Source of the DNA: Takakia lepidozioides
Lineage: Eukaryota > Plantae > Bryophyta
DNA length: 64,000 bases
Assembly: GCA_030704615.1 (NCBI GenBank)
Contig: CM060731.1
Coordinates: 75,392,001-75,456,000, forward strand
Direction of reading: 5' to 3'
Below the pieces are notes generated by a model that saw only the letters and a program-made list of their open reading frames with translations, searched no databases and was not told the DNA's origin. The translations under genes were made by a program, and so were the position numbers. How positions within the stretch are numbered: position 1 is the first letter of the stretch; each line of letters begins with the position of its first letter. Shown here piece after piece: positions 25,141-38,470 of this stretch.

Positions 25141-28100
25141 CTAGGAAGATTAGCTTTGAATATTATATGGTTACAAATCATGTTACAAATCATATTATTA
25201 ATATCCAAGATAAACAACTATTGATGACATTCCGAATCAAATGAAAGCTTACCATCCACTTTGAAGTCAATCTATCATAGGTCAGCTGAGTCACTTGGAT
25301 TTAAAGGTTCCGTGCTAACTATCCTAACGCAAACACTGACAACTAGATGTTATACTTTTGATTTCGTCCAGCTCTAGACACATTTCTCTTTAAATGTTTG
25401 TGCTAAACTGAAGACAATTTGGACCTGGGTTTCATGCAGGCCATCGGACCCAGGTCCGAAACACACTATTCTTAGTGATGAACTAAAAAAATTCATTGCA
25501 CGGACTCTATGTCGGCACAACTACTCTAGTGGATTATAGTTGTTTTGGTTACATGATCCGTTACACTTCTCAAGGCTGATTGTTTCGTCCCATGGTCCAC
25601 AATCTATTATCATTTAATGAGCCTGATCGTTCCTAGGTTTAGTGACAGTACCTTACAACACTCTGGGCACTGATATGATTATTCAGGTCATCGGACCCGG
25701 GTCCGAAACCTAGCAATGTTTAGAGACAGTTCAACGTTCGTGGTAATCTTACCATCTATTGACACACATGACACAACTTCTATGTCTCCAACGAACATTT
25801 GACCCCGTCAGGCTTATTTCTTTGGAACTCGGTCCAGACTCAATGACATGTTAGTATAACAATACTACCTACAATTTGGGGCTTCTTGGACGCACAGATG
25901 TGATCAATCTGTTTGTCGGATTTGGTTCCAAATCCGACTTTCTTGTTTCATCAGATTTTGGATCCGGATCCCAAACCCACTTCCACCGTTCCTATCTACC
26001 ATGTTGTTGGACCCTAGTACGACACCCACTATATTTGATGGATTAGGCATTCAGACCTAGGTCTGAAACCCAGTACCATCATTCTTAATTTTTTCCACGT
26101 ACCAAATCTTTTTATCCTTTCCGAAACCCACCATCGAACGAACCACTGTCACACCGCGACTTACAAGAGACTTTACGATCTCACACTAGCCCTCCTAGAA
26201 CTTGTATTACCTAGGATTCTTGATCGGTGTTGTTGGTCTCGGACCCATGGCCTCTTTAGGATTTTCTGAGACCACATTTGCACTCTCAGGACATGGATGC
26301 ATGGAGACATTATCAGGATTGTGGGCTCCAATAACCACATGTTGAGCGAGGCACTACTATATTGTCCTTTTTTGTTAGGATTTTTTTTAGCACACACAGA
26401 CACTGTTTGAGCATGGATGTTTGGATACTTAATCAGGATTGTCGGTTTCGGACCTGGGTCCAAAACACACTTCCTGGTAGAGGCATTTTTAAACCTCGCC
26501 TCTATATGGTCAATATGAGCTCCTACTATTACTCTGAGAAGATAGACACTTGAATGTATGATCAAGATTGTGTGTCTCGGACCTAGGTCCGAAACCCACC
26601 TTTCGTAGCTTGGCACTCTTAAACTGTTGCGGCCTCTATTAGGTTTTTGTCCGAAACACACATTTCGTAGCTTGGCACTTTTGAACTGTTGCCTCTATTA
26701 GGTTTTTGTGAGCTACACAAACACTCTAAGAACATGGATACACATAGACATGACCAAGACCGTGAGTTTTGGACCCACGTCCAAAATCCACCATCCTTAG
26801 CGAGGCACTAATACACAGTGGCCTCTATTATGTATATGTGAGCTCATATTGATATTCTGAGAACATGGACACATGTTCTCTTCTCAGAGGATGCTGGGTT
26901 TCGGACCTGGGTCTGAAACCCAACATCGTGAGAGGTGTACAGTTATACCGTGGCCTCTATTAGGTCTTTATGAGTTCACATTGGTATGCTGAGAACATGA
27001 ATATATAGGGGACATGGCACATGATCCATACATACATGGATACATGAGGCATGCATACTTGAAACATAGATACATGAGACATAGATACATAGCGCATTAA
27101 TACATGAGACATGGATACATGAAACATGGATACATTGCTCATGGGTGCTAATATTTGGTCTTAGGACGGACCTAGGTCCACAATATAATTTAAACAAAAA
27201 TATTTTACAAAATTTCTTTAATAAAAAGCTGAAGTTGTCACTTGAGCCGCTGAGTGCACAACTTGAGCTGCTAAGTGCTCAACTTCAGGTTTTTGTTAAT
27301 TATTAGAAAAATTAAATTTAAAAAAAAATAAAAAATGGGACCTAGGTCCAAAATATAATTCAAACAAAAATATTTTACTATTTTTCTCTTAACAAAAAGC
27401 TGAAGTTGTCAACTTGTGCTGTTGAGTGTTCAACTTCAGTTTTATTATTATTATTATTATTATTTTAAATTTACTTTAAAGAATGAGGGATGGAGGCCTT
27501 TAGAGTTTTATAAATAAAAACATGTTATAAATAAAAGAAGAGCAGATCCACCTGGTTGGTGGTGCATTGCATGAGAGTAGAAGTGGGTTATCAGGGAAGG
27601 AATGAGATCATGTGTACCTGCTGCTTGACCCCGCCATGGCTGCCGCTTGCCGGCTCTCGCTCCTTCCCTGCAGCTCTCCCTCCCAACAGAAAAACAACTT
27701 AATCAAAGACAACCCTTACATCTGCCCAAATGATAATCTGGACCAAATCCATGATGGTCTACCAAATTTTACATCACGTTGCTAGGGTTCCTAATTTCCT
27801 CATTTTGTGCTTCATAGTGACTGTTTCATGTTGCGATGTGTCGGTGGCATTGGTCGGCAAAGCTCGTTCCGTTGGTTAAAAATGAAGCAACCAAGAGCTT
27901 AAGACAGTAACGAAAGGAAAATAGACAACGATCTGTTGGCGTTCAAATGAGAGGTCTCTGAGTGTGAGGAAGAAATAACAATTATTGGACATAAGGAGAC
28001 AATGAGAGATATAGGCCTTGCGAGCAACCATATTCAGATAGAATCGATGAGAGACGGAGGTAGGGACGAAACGCAGGACAGGGACAGGGAACGTTCGGTG

Positions 28101-29771
28101 TGGTGGTAGCCATGCCTCAGTTCATGGCAGTGCAATGCTATAAATGTAGCATGCTGCAGGTCTATTTTGTTATCATCTTACTCTACCTCTGTTTTGTTGA
28201 ATCGCAACACGCATTTGAGTAGAATCCTACATCACTTGGTATGGAAACTACTGGCACAAACTTGATCTGTCTGAAGATATAGATAATCGAGAAAACAAGT
28301 GGAAGCCCTACATGCCTGTACAAGTACAGGTAGAGATCTAATTTCTATGGAAAATCCGACCAAGTGCCTGAAAACTTCAACGAATTCACTGGTTGCTACG
28401 GGCGGGTTTTCCTGTACACGAAGAACAAAAGAACTCACATGATACTTGGAGTATGGCTTGTGACACTTGACAAGGCTCCACCAAGTTATGATGATCCCTC
28501 TTTTCCTGCTTCAAGGCACTCCGTCTGTTTCAAATACGAAATCCCCTCTCCAAAAATTGCCCTGCACGTACATATAATTTGCTTATGTGAGTGCTTAGGG
28601 ATGTGTAGAGACAGATAACACGACATCTTTCATTGAAAAGATATTCAACAAACATTGACCCACTACTCTCTCTTCGTCGCCATCTGCATTGCAAGCGAAG
28701 AAGGAGCCTGACACTGGAAAAACAAAAACAAAAGACAAAACAAAAACAAAATTGAAAAGAACGCACTCCGTGCTGGCCTTGTGACACTTGCAAAGGCTCC
28801 TTGCCAAGCTACCCCTTTTTCCCTGCTTCAAGGCACTGCAGTGGGCCGTTGGTTTGCTCGCCGCAGCTGCTCCGTCGGGCTCTCTCTTCGAGTCTTCTCT
28901 CTCACACACAATGCACAAGTTTCGGGTTATCTCTCACACCCACACTCTTTCTCTCTTTCCCTGTGTTGTTATCTCACACACACACGTTGCTCTCTCTTAC
29001 ACATACACATGGTGTCCCTCTCTCTCTCTCCCAACGTTGACAGCCTAGTTGCAGAGCCTGAATCAACTCAAGGTGGTAAACAAAAAAGAATCGGAGAGTA
29101 TGCATCCTCCCTGTATGTAGTCTCTTGTGTCACAACCGTCGGATCAAACCTCTGATCCGACGGCTGTGGCAATGGGGATGGAATTCATTAATTCCATCCA
29201 TCTACATTTTCATCCATCTCCCATGCAAATTAATCCATCCAACATTAGGGCCGATATGCCGGCGCCTTGAAAAATATTAATGACATTAATACCGTATTTA
29301 CAACCTAGGGGCGATGGCTCCTATCAGGGCTCGTGGGCTCCACATGTGGGATCCCCACGTGGGCTCCCTACATCAACTCCAATTTATTTTATTAATCCTA
29401 GGTCCAAGGTTCGAACTAGTGTTGTGCGGGTATATTGATTTCAATATACCCATAGGGTATAAGTAAGTTATTTTTGTCAAATCATTTACCCTCCGGGTAT
29501 GGGTAAATTAACTTTCTAGATTTCTATATAACCCCCAGGTATGGATATATATGCCAAAATATACCCTGAGGGTATGAATAGTTTCCGGGTATGGATAGTT
29601 ATTTCCATTAATATATAATTTAATGGTTTTAAATGATGTTCTTCAATATGTACAAAACACAAAAAAAAACAATCTATGGTGAAAGAGAAAATTGATAAGA
29701 TATTGCATAATATTTTGGTGTTAATTTCCAATGCAAGATGGAGGAGGTTTGAGATTAAAAAAAAAACACAT

Positions 29772-30006
29772 CGGCTGGTAGTTCAACTGGTAAGTGCACA
29801 GTCTGTGTCACTCAGGTGGTTCGGGGTTCGAACCCGCTGCCCTGCCCCGTGTGTGGGATTGTTCGTGTGACGGTATGTCTGGGTGTTGATCGTCCCGTAG
29901 GTCTCATGGCCCATAAATGAAAGGGGGTTAATCTTTCCCCCTCCTCAAGGGCCTAAATTGTGGCCTGTCGCTCCCATATTTCCTTAAATAAATAAATAAA
30001 TAAAAA
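29772..30006 (+). mobile_element. tRNA-derived SINE
   Basis: A box GGTAGTTCAACTGG, B box GGTTCGAACCC, a non-tRNA body and an (AAAT)n tail. Relatives lie at 62150-62368 and 62695-62880. Confidence 0.85.
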
Positions 30007-31599
30007 CCCCTCAAGGACCTAAATTGTGGGCTGTCAGGTTTCTTTTTATGTATATATATATATGCGAGATCTAAAGAGGTATGGTTTGGGTTATATGACA
30101 TTTAAGGAATGATATATATGTAACAGTTGTTTTAGCTGTGATTGGAGCTTTCTTATAGCTCAAGGCCCCTAACAACACAACAAAAAGAGAAAAGACCTCC
30201 ATATTCGAACCTCCATATTCTTTGCATTCTTTTTGCATCCAGCTATAAATATTGAATTGGACACAAGTTTATCTTGCAAGATATAAAAATAAAAAGCTCC
30301 GGAGAGGATGGGACGTGGGTTCAAACTTGGAACCAATATCAATGCTAACTAACTAACTAACTATATATACTAGTTAGTATTTATATATATACACTATATA
30401 TATAATTAGTTAGTTAGTTAGTTAGGATTTTGGGAGAAGAAAGTGGGTCATCCAATCAGAGATGGTGGTGGGTCTCCCAAAATGGTGGCGGATCTTTCTT
30501 TTTTTGCTTTTTACAATCGCAAGGACAAATCAAACGACAAAGGCCATGGTAGCAGGATTTGATCCCCAAACCAGTGGGGAGACACAATGTGCACAATCCA
30601 ACTGAGCTACTGGTTGTTGGTGGCGGATCTAGGGAGTATTTATAAGCTGAAGCTATGCAGGGATAACTCTTGTGAGGGCCCCGCACTTGCCATTATGGGG
30701 GATATTCAGATAGCTAGCTGACCTTCTAGCTTCGTCCCACACCCTTATCCTCCATAATGACTTTGGTAGGGCCTCTCCATCATCTGTTCCGAATTCCAAT
30801 GTGATGGGAAGCTAGCTCATCTGCAATCTCAACCGCACGATCGCGACTCTCCAAAATCTGACGGCTTCACTAGATCGATCCCCGTCGTAGTGTTTGCACC
30901 TCTCTTCAGCGACCACGTCCTAACACACAATGCATCTGAGATGTATAAATATGAGGCCTCACCTCATTCTCACTCTTTTCGTGCTTATTGCACCTCATTA
31001 GTCATTTCCATCCTTTCGCTTGCTCTCTCCTTCCCCCCTATCTATCTTCTCTCATCTTGGTCATCTCCGCCTCTGGAGATGCCTTTCTCAATGACTGTCT
31101 TTCCATCTCATTTTCTGTCTATATACTAGATCTTTATCCCATTGAAAGTCTTAACCATTAGTCCCAAATCATGCACCTATCCACATCCGCACTCATCACA
31201 CTTCACCAAAACATCCATTTTTTTATCCACTTTTTGATGTGCTTAGGTTGGTTCGGACCTTTGGCCGAAGTGTTGCACTGTTGCAAAATTTCTCTCAAAC
31301 CTCCTTCATCTAGACTCATACATTTCATTGATTACAGAAACATCATCCATTCACTTCTCATCCATCCAGTCATAATTCATCCAATTATCATCCCTTCATC
31401 CATTACATTCTTTAACCTCATGAAGTCATGATCTGACTCTCATCCAATTTTTCCATTATTTTAACATTAGACTTCACGAGGTGGGATTTTGAAACAGGGT
31501 CCGAAATCAGTGTCTGTGAGAGTTATATATTCTGACTCAATCTTGATATTATCTTGTGATGAAATTACAAACCATGTGTCCACAGTCAAGGAGTTTCTA

Positions 31600-32050
31600 A
31601 ATGAGGAGGCCCAGGTGGGATTCACAACTTGGCACGGAGATCATCAGTTGCCTATGAGTTAAACGTTTCATTGGGAATTCAAATCATGACTCGGTGATAC
31701 ATTGGACCTAGGTCCGAAAGCATTGTTCATCAGTTCCTGTGACTATAGATTCCAAGAGTTTATTACATGAGGAGGCCCGGGCGGGGTTCGCAATTTTGGC
31801 ATGGAGATCGTCTCATTGGGAAGTCAAATCTTGATTGGCTGATACTTATGACCCAGGTCTGAAATCATCGTTCATCAGTTCTTGTGACTATAGTTGCTTA
31901 CAAATCTAGGAGTTTACTGCATGAGGAGGTTCAGGCAGGGTTTACAACTTGACACGGAGATTGTCTCATTGGGAAGTCAAATCCTGACTAGGTGGTGTTT
32001 AGGACCCAGGTCCGAAAGCATCATTCCTCAGTTCTTGTGACTATAGTTGC
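31600..32050. repeat. Three ~155-165-bp tandem units just upstream of the transposase ATG
   Basis: ATGAGGAGG...GGAGAT..TC...ATTGGGAA.TCAAATC...GACCYAGGTCYGAAA...CAGTTC.TGTGACTATAG occurs three times. Confidence 0.85.
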
Positions 32051-32060
32051 TCACATCAAC

Positions 32061-35000
32061 ATGACTAGATTGAAAAGTGGAGATAGAGTGTTTCTATATC
32101 TTCGCGGGGGTGCTGAGGCCGTCGCCCTTGGTGATTGTCTAAATGTCTCTGGAGGTGGGACATGCCATGGTCTCCAGCTTACTTCTGCAACAATAAGTGT
32201 GGTAGTAAGCAGCTATTCAAATGCAAAGGAGAAGACCAATTTCCCATACCCTCACATGGGAGCGGACACTATGGGGGAGGCGATTGGAATGCCAGTCTGC
32301 TGGGATGTTCAAGATGTCAAGTTGATCCAAGTCGACAATGCTTCTGTATCTGAGACTGGAGTGAGAGACTATGAGAGCTCTCAGACGCATGAGGTAGACA
32401 CAAATGAGGTTGAAGTGGCCGTGGACCATGATGAGGATCTAACTTGCGCTAATCAGCAATCATTTCCAGAAGATTTTCCCGGAAGAGATAAGTGGAGAGA
32501 TTTGATGTGCTCTCTTTTTTGAGGTGAATTTGAACATCTGTATGAAGGGAGAATTCAAGCATCTTTTCTTGAAGAAGTATTCTCGATGAGAAATTGGGAG
32601 ATGACCATGTTGGTGTTATTTATTACGCGAGTTGTAGAAGGGGATTCTAGAATGCTCATGTCATAAAGTGATATTTGAATCGGACGAATGAGATCACTCT
32701 CAGTGAGGTTCTTGAGCAATATTACCGCTCAAACATTGATACTATGAATGATGATGATGAATCCGCTCCGGAATCCAGAAAGGTCCCTACAGACTCTTCA
32801 CTAGAGTTGCTAGAAACCCCGAGCTGGATAACTTGAGAAAATCCAAACGCTTGTTGTCCCTTGAATCTGTTAGACAAATCAGTAGTGTGCCATGCTGTAG
32901 GCTTAAGTGTTGCCAGATGTTTGATTGGAAAAGAGCACTTGCATTAAGGACAGCTTTCTGGGCATCAATGTTGATTCTAGGAGAGAGCTTGGGTTGCACA
33001 TTCCGAGGCGTCTTCATGTTGTTGAGGGCTGCAAAAGAAGAAGCTAAATAACAATTGAAGGTGTCGACATTTGCGAGAAAGCTTGGTGGACTATTTTTGG
33101 GGTTGGCCGTTCAATGTACATGGAGTATAAAAAGTAGAGCAAAGAAGGTGTTGTTACATCCATTCATGGGAATTCGGGGAAAAAAAGGCCACGACCAAAC
33201 ATACTTCAGGCAGAGGGAAACAACATTTCAATTGTCAACGGGAATAGTGATTGTATGCCCCCACAAATTGAGGGACATTGGCGATGGGAGGCGAGATACT
33301 GTGAGGCTACTACCCGCTGAGTTGAATTGGAAGAAAGTTCGTGTTGAGTGCAATGAGGTAATTTGTACAGTTTTCCTCTTTCTTAACTACTGTGACCCAT
33401 TTTCTATTTGTTTGAGTCACTTGACTACCATGCATCAATTAATTATTGTGTTGGCTCGGTATTTACAGTCACATTGGACCCAGGTTCGAAGTTGTGTATC
33501 CCACTCCATCAATTGATTCGCTCTCATTTTGGATGCAGGCCAATAGTATCCTCGGTCTAGAACCTGTTTCCAGCTCAGCCATAAGCCGGATTCGGAAACG
33601 AGTTTTTTCAACATTCAAATGTTGAAGTACGTAAGTCTGGAAGTACTTTTACAAAATGCACTGAGTGTGAGATATTGAAGGATCTTATTAAAAAGTCTGT
33701 AAATGGAAGTCAATATCAACTTAACCATAAAAAGACTTTAGACAAGCATTTGAAGCATCAAGAATCTTGTCGAAGACTTTATCACAGTTGGAGAAATGAA
33801 TCCGCTATGATGGGAAATGAATTCCTCTGTATCATCCATGATAAGATAGATCACCGGAAGACGGCTCTTCCACGTCTACAAACGACAAACAAGATGATTT
33901 CAGGATTAGGTCAGCTTCCAATTTCTTTGACAGGAATGGTAACTCATGGACACGGAGATGGAGCATATGCTCAGTACTTAGTCGATTTGTGGCCGGGAGA
34001 CCCAAATTTCACTATTGGTTCTTTAGCAAGAAGTATCCGTCAACTTAAGAAACCTACTTGCAAAGAATCAAGGATTATTTTTTATCATCCATTCCAGAAT
34101 GATTTTTTTGAGCAGCTAATGTGGGGGAAGTCTAGGTGTGTGGATGTGTTGAAGCCATTACATCCAAAAGCTCAAAAGGGACCGCGACCATTACCTCGAA
34201 GATTATATTTGCAGATGGATAATTGTGTGAAGGACAACAAGAATAGGTGGATGTTGGCATTTCTTTCTTTGCTCACAACAAGAGGTGTGTTTGAAGAGAT
34301 TCAGTTGGGATTTTTGATGGTTGGTCATACGCACGAAGATATTGATGGATGTTTCAGCTATCTTTCAAAGAAATTGAAGGAGAACAACACCTATGTGCTC
34401 TCAGATCTAATGAAATATTTCATGGTTTCTCAAGAGTTACAGTTCATCCCACAAATCATTCAGGAAGTTCCAGACTTCAAGAAGTTTGTAGATGGACATA
34501 TTATTGATGGAAAAGAGGCTCTCGTCGGAGCGACAGATATGCATGTTTTCTGATTCTACGTGGATCATTCCTCAAATTGGCTTGTCATGCAATACAAGAA
34601 ATCTGCGACTGATTGTGACTGGCTTCCAAAACAAGGTTCAGTTAGAATGTGGAAGACTCTTGATGATGGATCCCCTTCACTTCCGGTGGGTGAATCCAAG
34701 CGTGTTCCCATTACACCAATTTGGGGAGACAAAGAAGACGTTGTGCAGAAGCAATCTTCATCAAAACTGGAATTTAAAAGTATATGGATTTTTGGAGAAA
34801 AAGAATGAATATTGATGCGCATTATGGAACTATCATGAAAAAATATGATGAATACTGGAGCAATATTTTGAAAGAGCTAGATCTGGAGCTCGAGAATACT
34901 ATAGATAGTCTTTTGGAAGGATTTTGGCCCTCAACAAAATGGCGGGAAAATCACATGAGAGATGGATTTAATGTTTGGTCTGACGAATCAAGTGACAGTG

Positions 35001-35147
35001 AGGCTGAGGAAGTTGTTCCTTATTGTGGGCCAAGATATGATCGTCCAAAAGAAGGCTTAAATCTGTACAAAGACATTGAAAAATGATTTTTCGTCCTTGT
35101 TCGTCCTAAGGATCCTTATACGTATCCGGTTTGGTTGGGAATGGTCT
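32061..35147 (+). pseudogene. Sola-like DDD transposase (5' part; stops and frameshifts; interrupted by Gypsy)
   Basis: An N-terminal Tnp1/En-Spm-like module (AVALG...CHGLQL...FPYP...MGEAIG.PVCW), a Cys-rich region (CCRLKCC, CTEC), then the core IIHDKIDH / LYLQMDNCVKDNKN / FLMVGHTHEDIDGCFS. Confidence 0.78.
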
Positions 35148-35503
35148 TGTCAAGTTAAATAAGCACAGTGTGAAAACAGCTAGAATAAAACTAGTTATTT
35201 GTATTTAACACTTGGATTTAGGTCAAGTGTTAAATCAGGTGTCAAGTTTAGTTTGACACCTGGTCCGTCTTATCTTCACGAGAGCGGCAGTCGCGCAGCT
35301 CATCTCTCTCGAGTTGAGCCTGCGCGACCAAGCTCCTGCATCGTTTAGGTTTGAGTGTGCTTATGTAGGGGTACAGGTTGTTGTGGGGTGGAGTCCCCAT
35401 AGCTTGGGGTGCCCCTGGCTCGACTTCTGTTTCAATGAGTGATAGCGATGGATTTCATATTTCTTGTGTTGGGAGTGTGTGTCCTTTTTAGCTTTGTTTA
35501 TCA
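35148..35503 (+). repeat. Terminal repeat block A, copy 1 (356 bp)
   Basis: Matches 46672-47027, with one mismatch noticed by eye (GACCAAGC vs GACCGAGC). Confidence 0.97.
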
Positions 35504-35515
35504 CTCGAGAGAGAT
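35503..35515 (+). promoter_or_regulatory. Putative self-priming primer-binding site
   Basis: ACTCGAGAGAGAT is the exact reverse complement of ATCTCTCTCGAGT at 35302-35314 inside block A. No TGG tRNA-type PBS follows the CA end. Confidence 0.75.
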
Positions 35516-37822
35516 CAGTTTGCATCTGTGAGTGCAAGATGTGAGCTTAATTAGTTTTTAGCACTTGTGGATTTTGTGTGTGTTGAAAGCGGTAACACAA
35601 AAGTGCATGGGTATTCTCCCTTTATAACGGTCACTGGCTGAGCGGCAGATTGAGAGCCGAGCATGGTGAAACGATCAGCATTATTGTTGTCTCGCAAGGC
35701 TGGGATGCAAGCCTTCATTGTCTTGGTGGTTAGAAGCGGAGGTGCAGCTGGTTACGCGAGTAGGTGGACCGTGGTCTTCGACTTCAGCTGCAGAGATAAA
35801 AATACCATGCTATAGGTAATTCCTGAGCAGACTGATGGTTTCAGACCTGCACATAGTGAGCAGCCAAGGTGTTGGACTGGTTGATGGGCTCATGTCTACA
35901 AGTCGTCGTGCCAATGGTATATCGGTACTGATGACAAACGATTTGGTGAAGTTGTTCATGGCATATATCATGGTGTGCAATCAGTAAAGGCCGAGTTGAG
36001 AAGTTGGCTGGCTATCGTTGGTTTTCTTGGTCAGCGAGGAGGGACAGGCTGGCATGAAGGCAGATTGTGCCGTCGTTGGCTTTCATGTGGAATGGTTACT
36101 AGCAATGGGTGGGAAGTCGGTGTGCGACTATAGTCTAGCCACCATGAAGGAGTGGTTGTGGGCTGGTTGATGTGAGGTTGTCTGGCTGCACATTGCAAGG
36201 AAGCAAGCAAATGGATGGACGGGGTCAGGCTAGATTTTCTAGCAAGTGCGTAATTAAGGTGCTGTCCATCACCTCCCTCGCCCCCGCCTCCTGATCCACC
36301 AGGACTTCCTTAAGCTCCTTATTACGGTTAGTCGAGTATGTATGAGTACTGCAGGTTACTTAACGAGAAAACTGGAATGTAAAGTACTTAGGATCTGCCA
36401 AATTCAGCTTTTCAGGTGTTACTCTTGACCGGAGTATCAATGGGCACATGCCTGTTGTCAGCTAGCCGAAGAGGCCCCTCGAACCCTCTTGAACTCTAAG
36501 AAAAGAGTTGGATCTATTACAATCCGTGGGAAAATTGAGTTAGCGTAGGAGCTGATCATGAAGCAGGGCAAAGGGGCGATGAAACAGACCAGAATGGAGG
36601 CCATTACGAATTCCAACTTCTGATTGAAGATATTCGGATTTTATGGTGGGCTTTCATACATTGTCAGGTGCCTGTCATGGCAAATACCCACTAGCATTTT
36701 TTGGACGGAAATTCGACAGTCTCGGTTTTAATGAAACAGGTTCGGGCCTATTGGCAGTCAATTTGAAGGCAGCCCCAATATCAGCAGCAATATGCACGCC
36801 TAGGATATGGAGAGCCTGACCCGAGACCTGCAATGCGGCAGCCATACTTCCTACACCAACGAGAGTTGTGGCGTGGTTTGGGCAGTGCTAGATTAGCACG
36901 ATGAATGCACCAAAGAGGGAGCATTGTGGAAGCAGCCGCTTCAAGTGTCATCTCGGCTTCAGTGCAGATTACCCTGGTTGGGATGAAGCGCGCCCTAAGG
37001 GCAGCCACTCTATACTGATCCATTGAGTACAGATCCGGAATGGGAGTTGCCAGTATTTATGGAATCAGTAGCCGGTTGGTAGATTTCTAGTAGATTTCTG
37101 CTTGGACAATTGAACTCGGATATTGGTTGACAGACAATCTACGGCAGGCTGATGCGAATGGCATAACAGGAGATGAAGCATTGATCGTTTCAAACTTTCG
37201 ATCTGCCAGGCTCTTTACATTAACGGACACATTGTCTACCTGCTGCTGAGCTTCAGCGTGCCATTGTATTCATCGTAATTCCCCAAGACCCGCCCATGTG
37301 TGGAGAACTCGAGACGGGCTGTTCAGATGGAAAATCGGGAACCTGCAGGGAACGGAGGGCACAAGTGTGGATATCACTTATCCGACAGATCAACCCGTAG
37401 ATAACATGGGAACAGTTTTTAATGGCGAGAACGTTTTGGTGTTAAAAAAAAAAAAAAAAAAAGCCTTTTTGATCTAATTCGAATGATTTAGAGCCTAATT
37501 GGTCATATCTTTGTCATATGGGCTCTGTTTGACTCAGTTTTTGGGGGGATAGCTGCAGAAAGGGGATATCTACCTATTTAGACCTGGTTTTTGTTTTTAG
37601 GACTCTGTTAAAAATCTATGGAATTTTTAGAGTGTGAGTGTGTCATGAAAGATCCACAATCCTGTTTCTAGAACCTGTTCTGGTCTACATGAGAGATAAA
37701 TCTGGGGATGTACTCCTTGTATGGCTGGGGGAAATGAGGACGTAATTGAAGGGCAGGTCTCATCTCTTAGCCTGTGCACACAAGGGGAGAAGATTTATGT
37801 TTCCTAATGAACTCAGACTGAT

Positions 37823-38470
37823 TTGAGTGGAGAACAGTTAGACGAGTTGATTGCATACTGGGAGTCAGGCATTAGCAGTAGACAACAGTCTACTGTAGTT
37901 GGCGTTGAGGGCCTCAATAGCGCTTTGGACAGTCAGAACTCTATTGGAGCCAGCAGTTCTGCAGTTGTAGGTGAAATACCAAAGTGGGTGAAAACTAGGC
38001 TTGGAACACAGCCAAAGACAGCCCCGGGGACCAAGGTGTTCAGCCACAAGGCCGTGGTGTACTGGAGTAGAGGAGCAGGAGCTACACAAGTTTGTGCAAT
38101 CAGACAGCGTTGCAGCCGGACACGCTCTGCACAAGGCAACCACGAGCGGGGGTTCATTAGCGAGGACAAGTTTGTTCTGTTTGAAGGAGATGCAATCATT
38201 CGCAATGAGGACACCCGCAACCGTCTCAAAGCTTTCGAGTTGAGAGACTATCAGACCCTACCTTTGTTTTCTTTAGTGTTCAGTGAGTGGGAGATAGCAG
38301 AGTGTTGCTTTGTCTCTACCTGGCAGAAAGAGGAGGAGGGTTGGTTAGAGCGAGCTACTGTAGCTTGGGACAAGGTTAGTGGCAGGTTTCTGGACATAGA
38401 TATACCTCCTACACCTTACCATCAAGCAGAGCGAGGCACTTTGAGAGAAGTCTGGAAGTTGATAGCATAG
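37823..38470 (+). CDS. Additional upstream ORF of the Gypsy element, function unknown
   Basis: 215-codon open frame in the 3.5-kb leader before gag. No recognisable motif, and the start codon is not ATG. Confidence 0.35.
   Translation: MSGEQLDELIAYWESGISSRQQSTVVGVEGLNSALDSQNSIGASSSAVVGEIPKWVKTRLGTQPKTAPGTKVFSHKAVVYWSRGAGATQVCAIRQRCSRTRSAQGNHERGFISEDKFVLFEGDAIIRNEDTRNRLKAFELRDYQTLPLFSLVFSEWEIAECCFVSTWQKEEEGWLERATVAWDKVSGRFLDIDIPPTPYHQAERGTLREVWKLIA

Noticed and set aside
29772-29845. Additional tRNA gene
   Set aside because: There is no acceptor-stem pairing or clean anticodon arm, and the sequence continues into a SINE body and tail.
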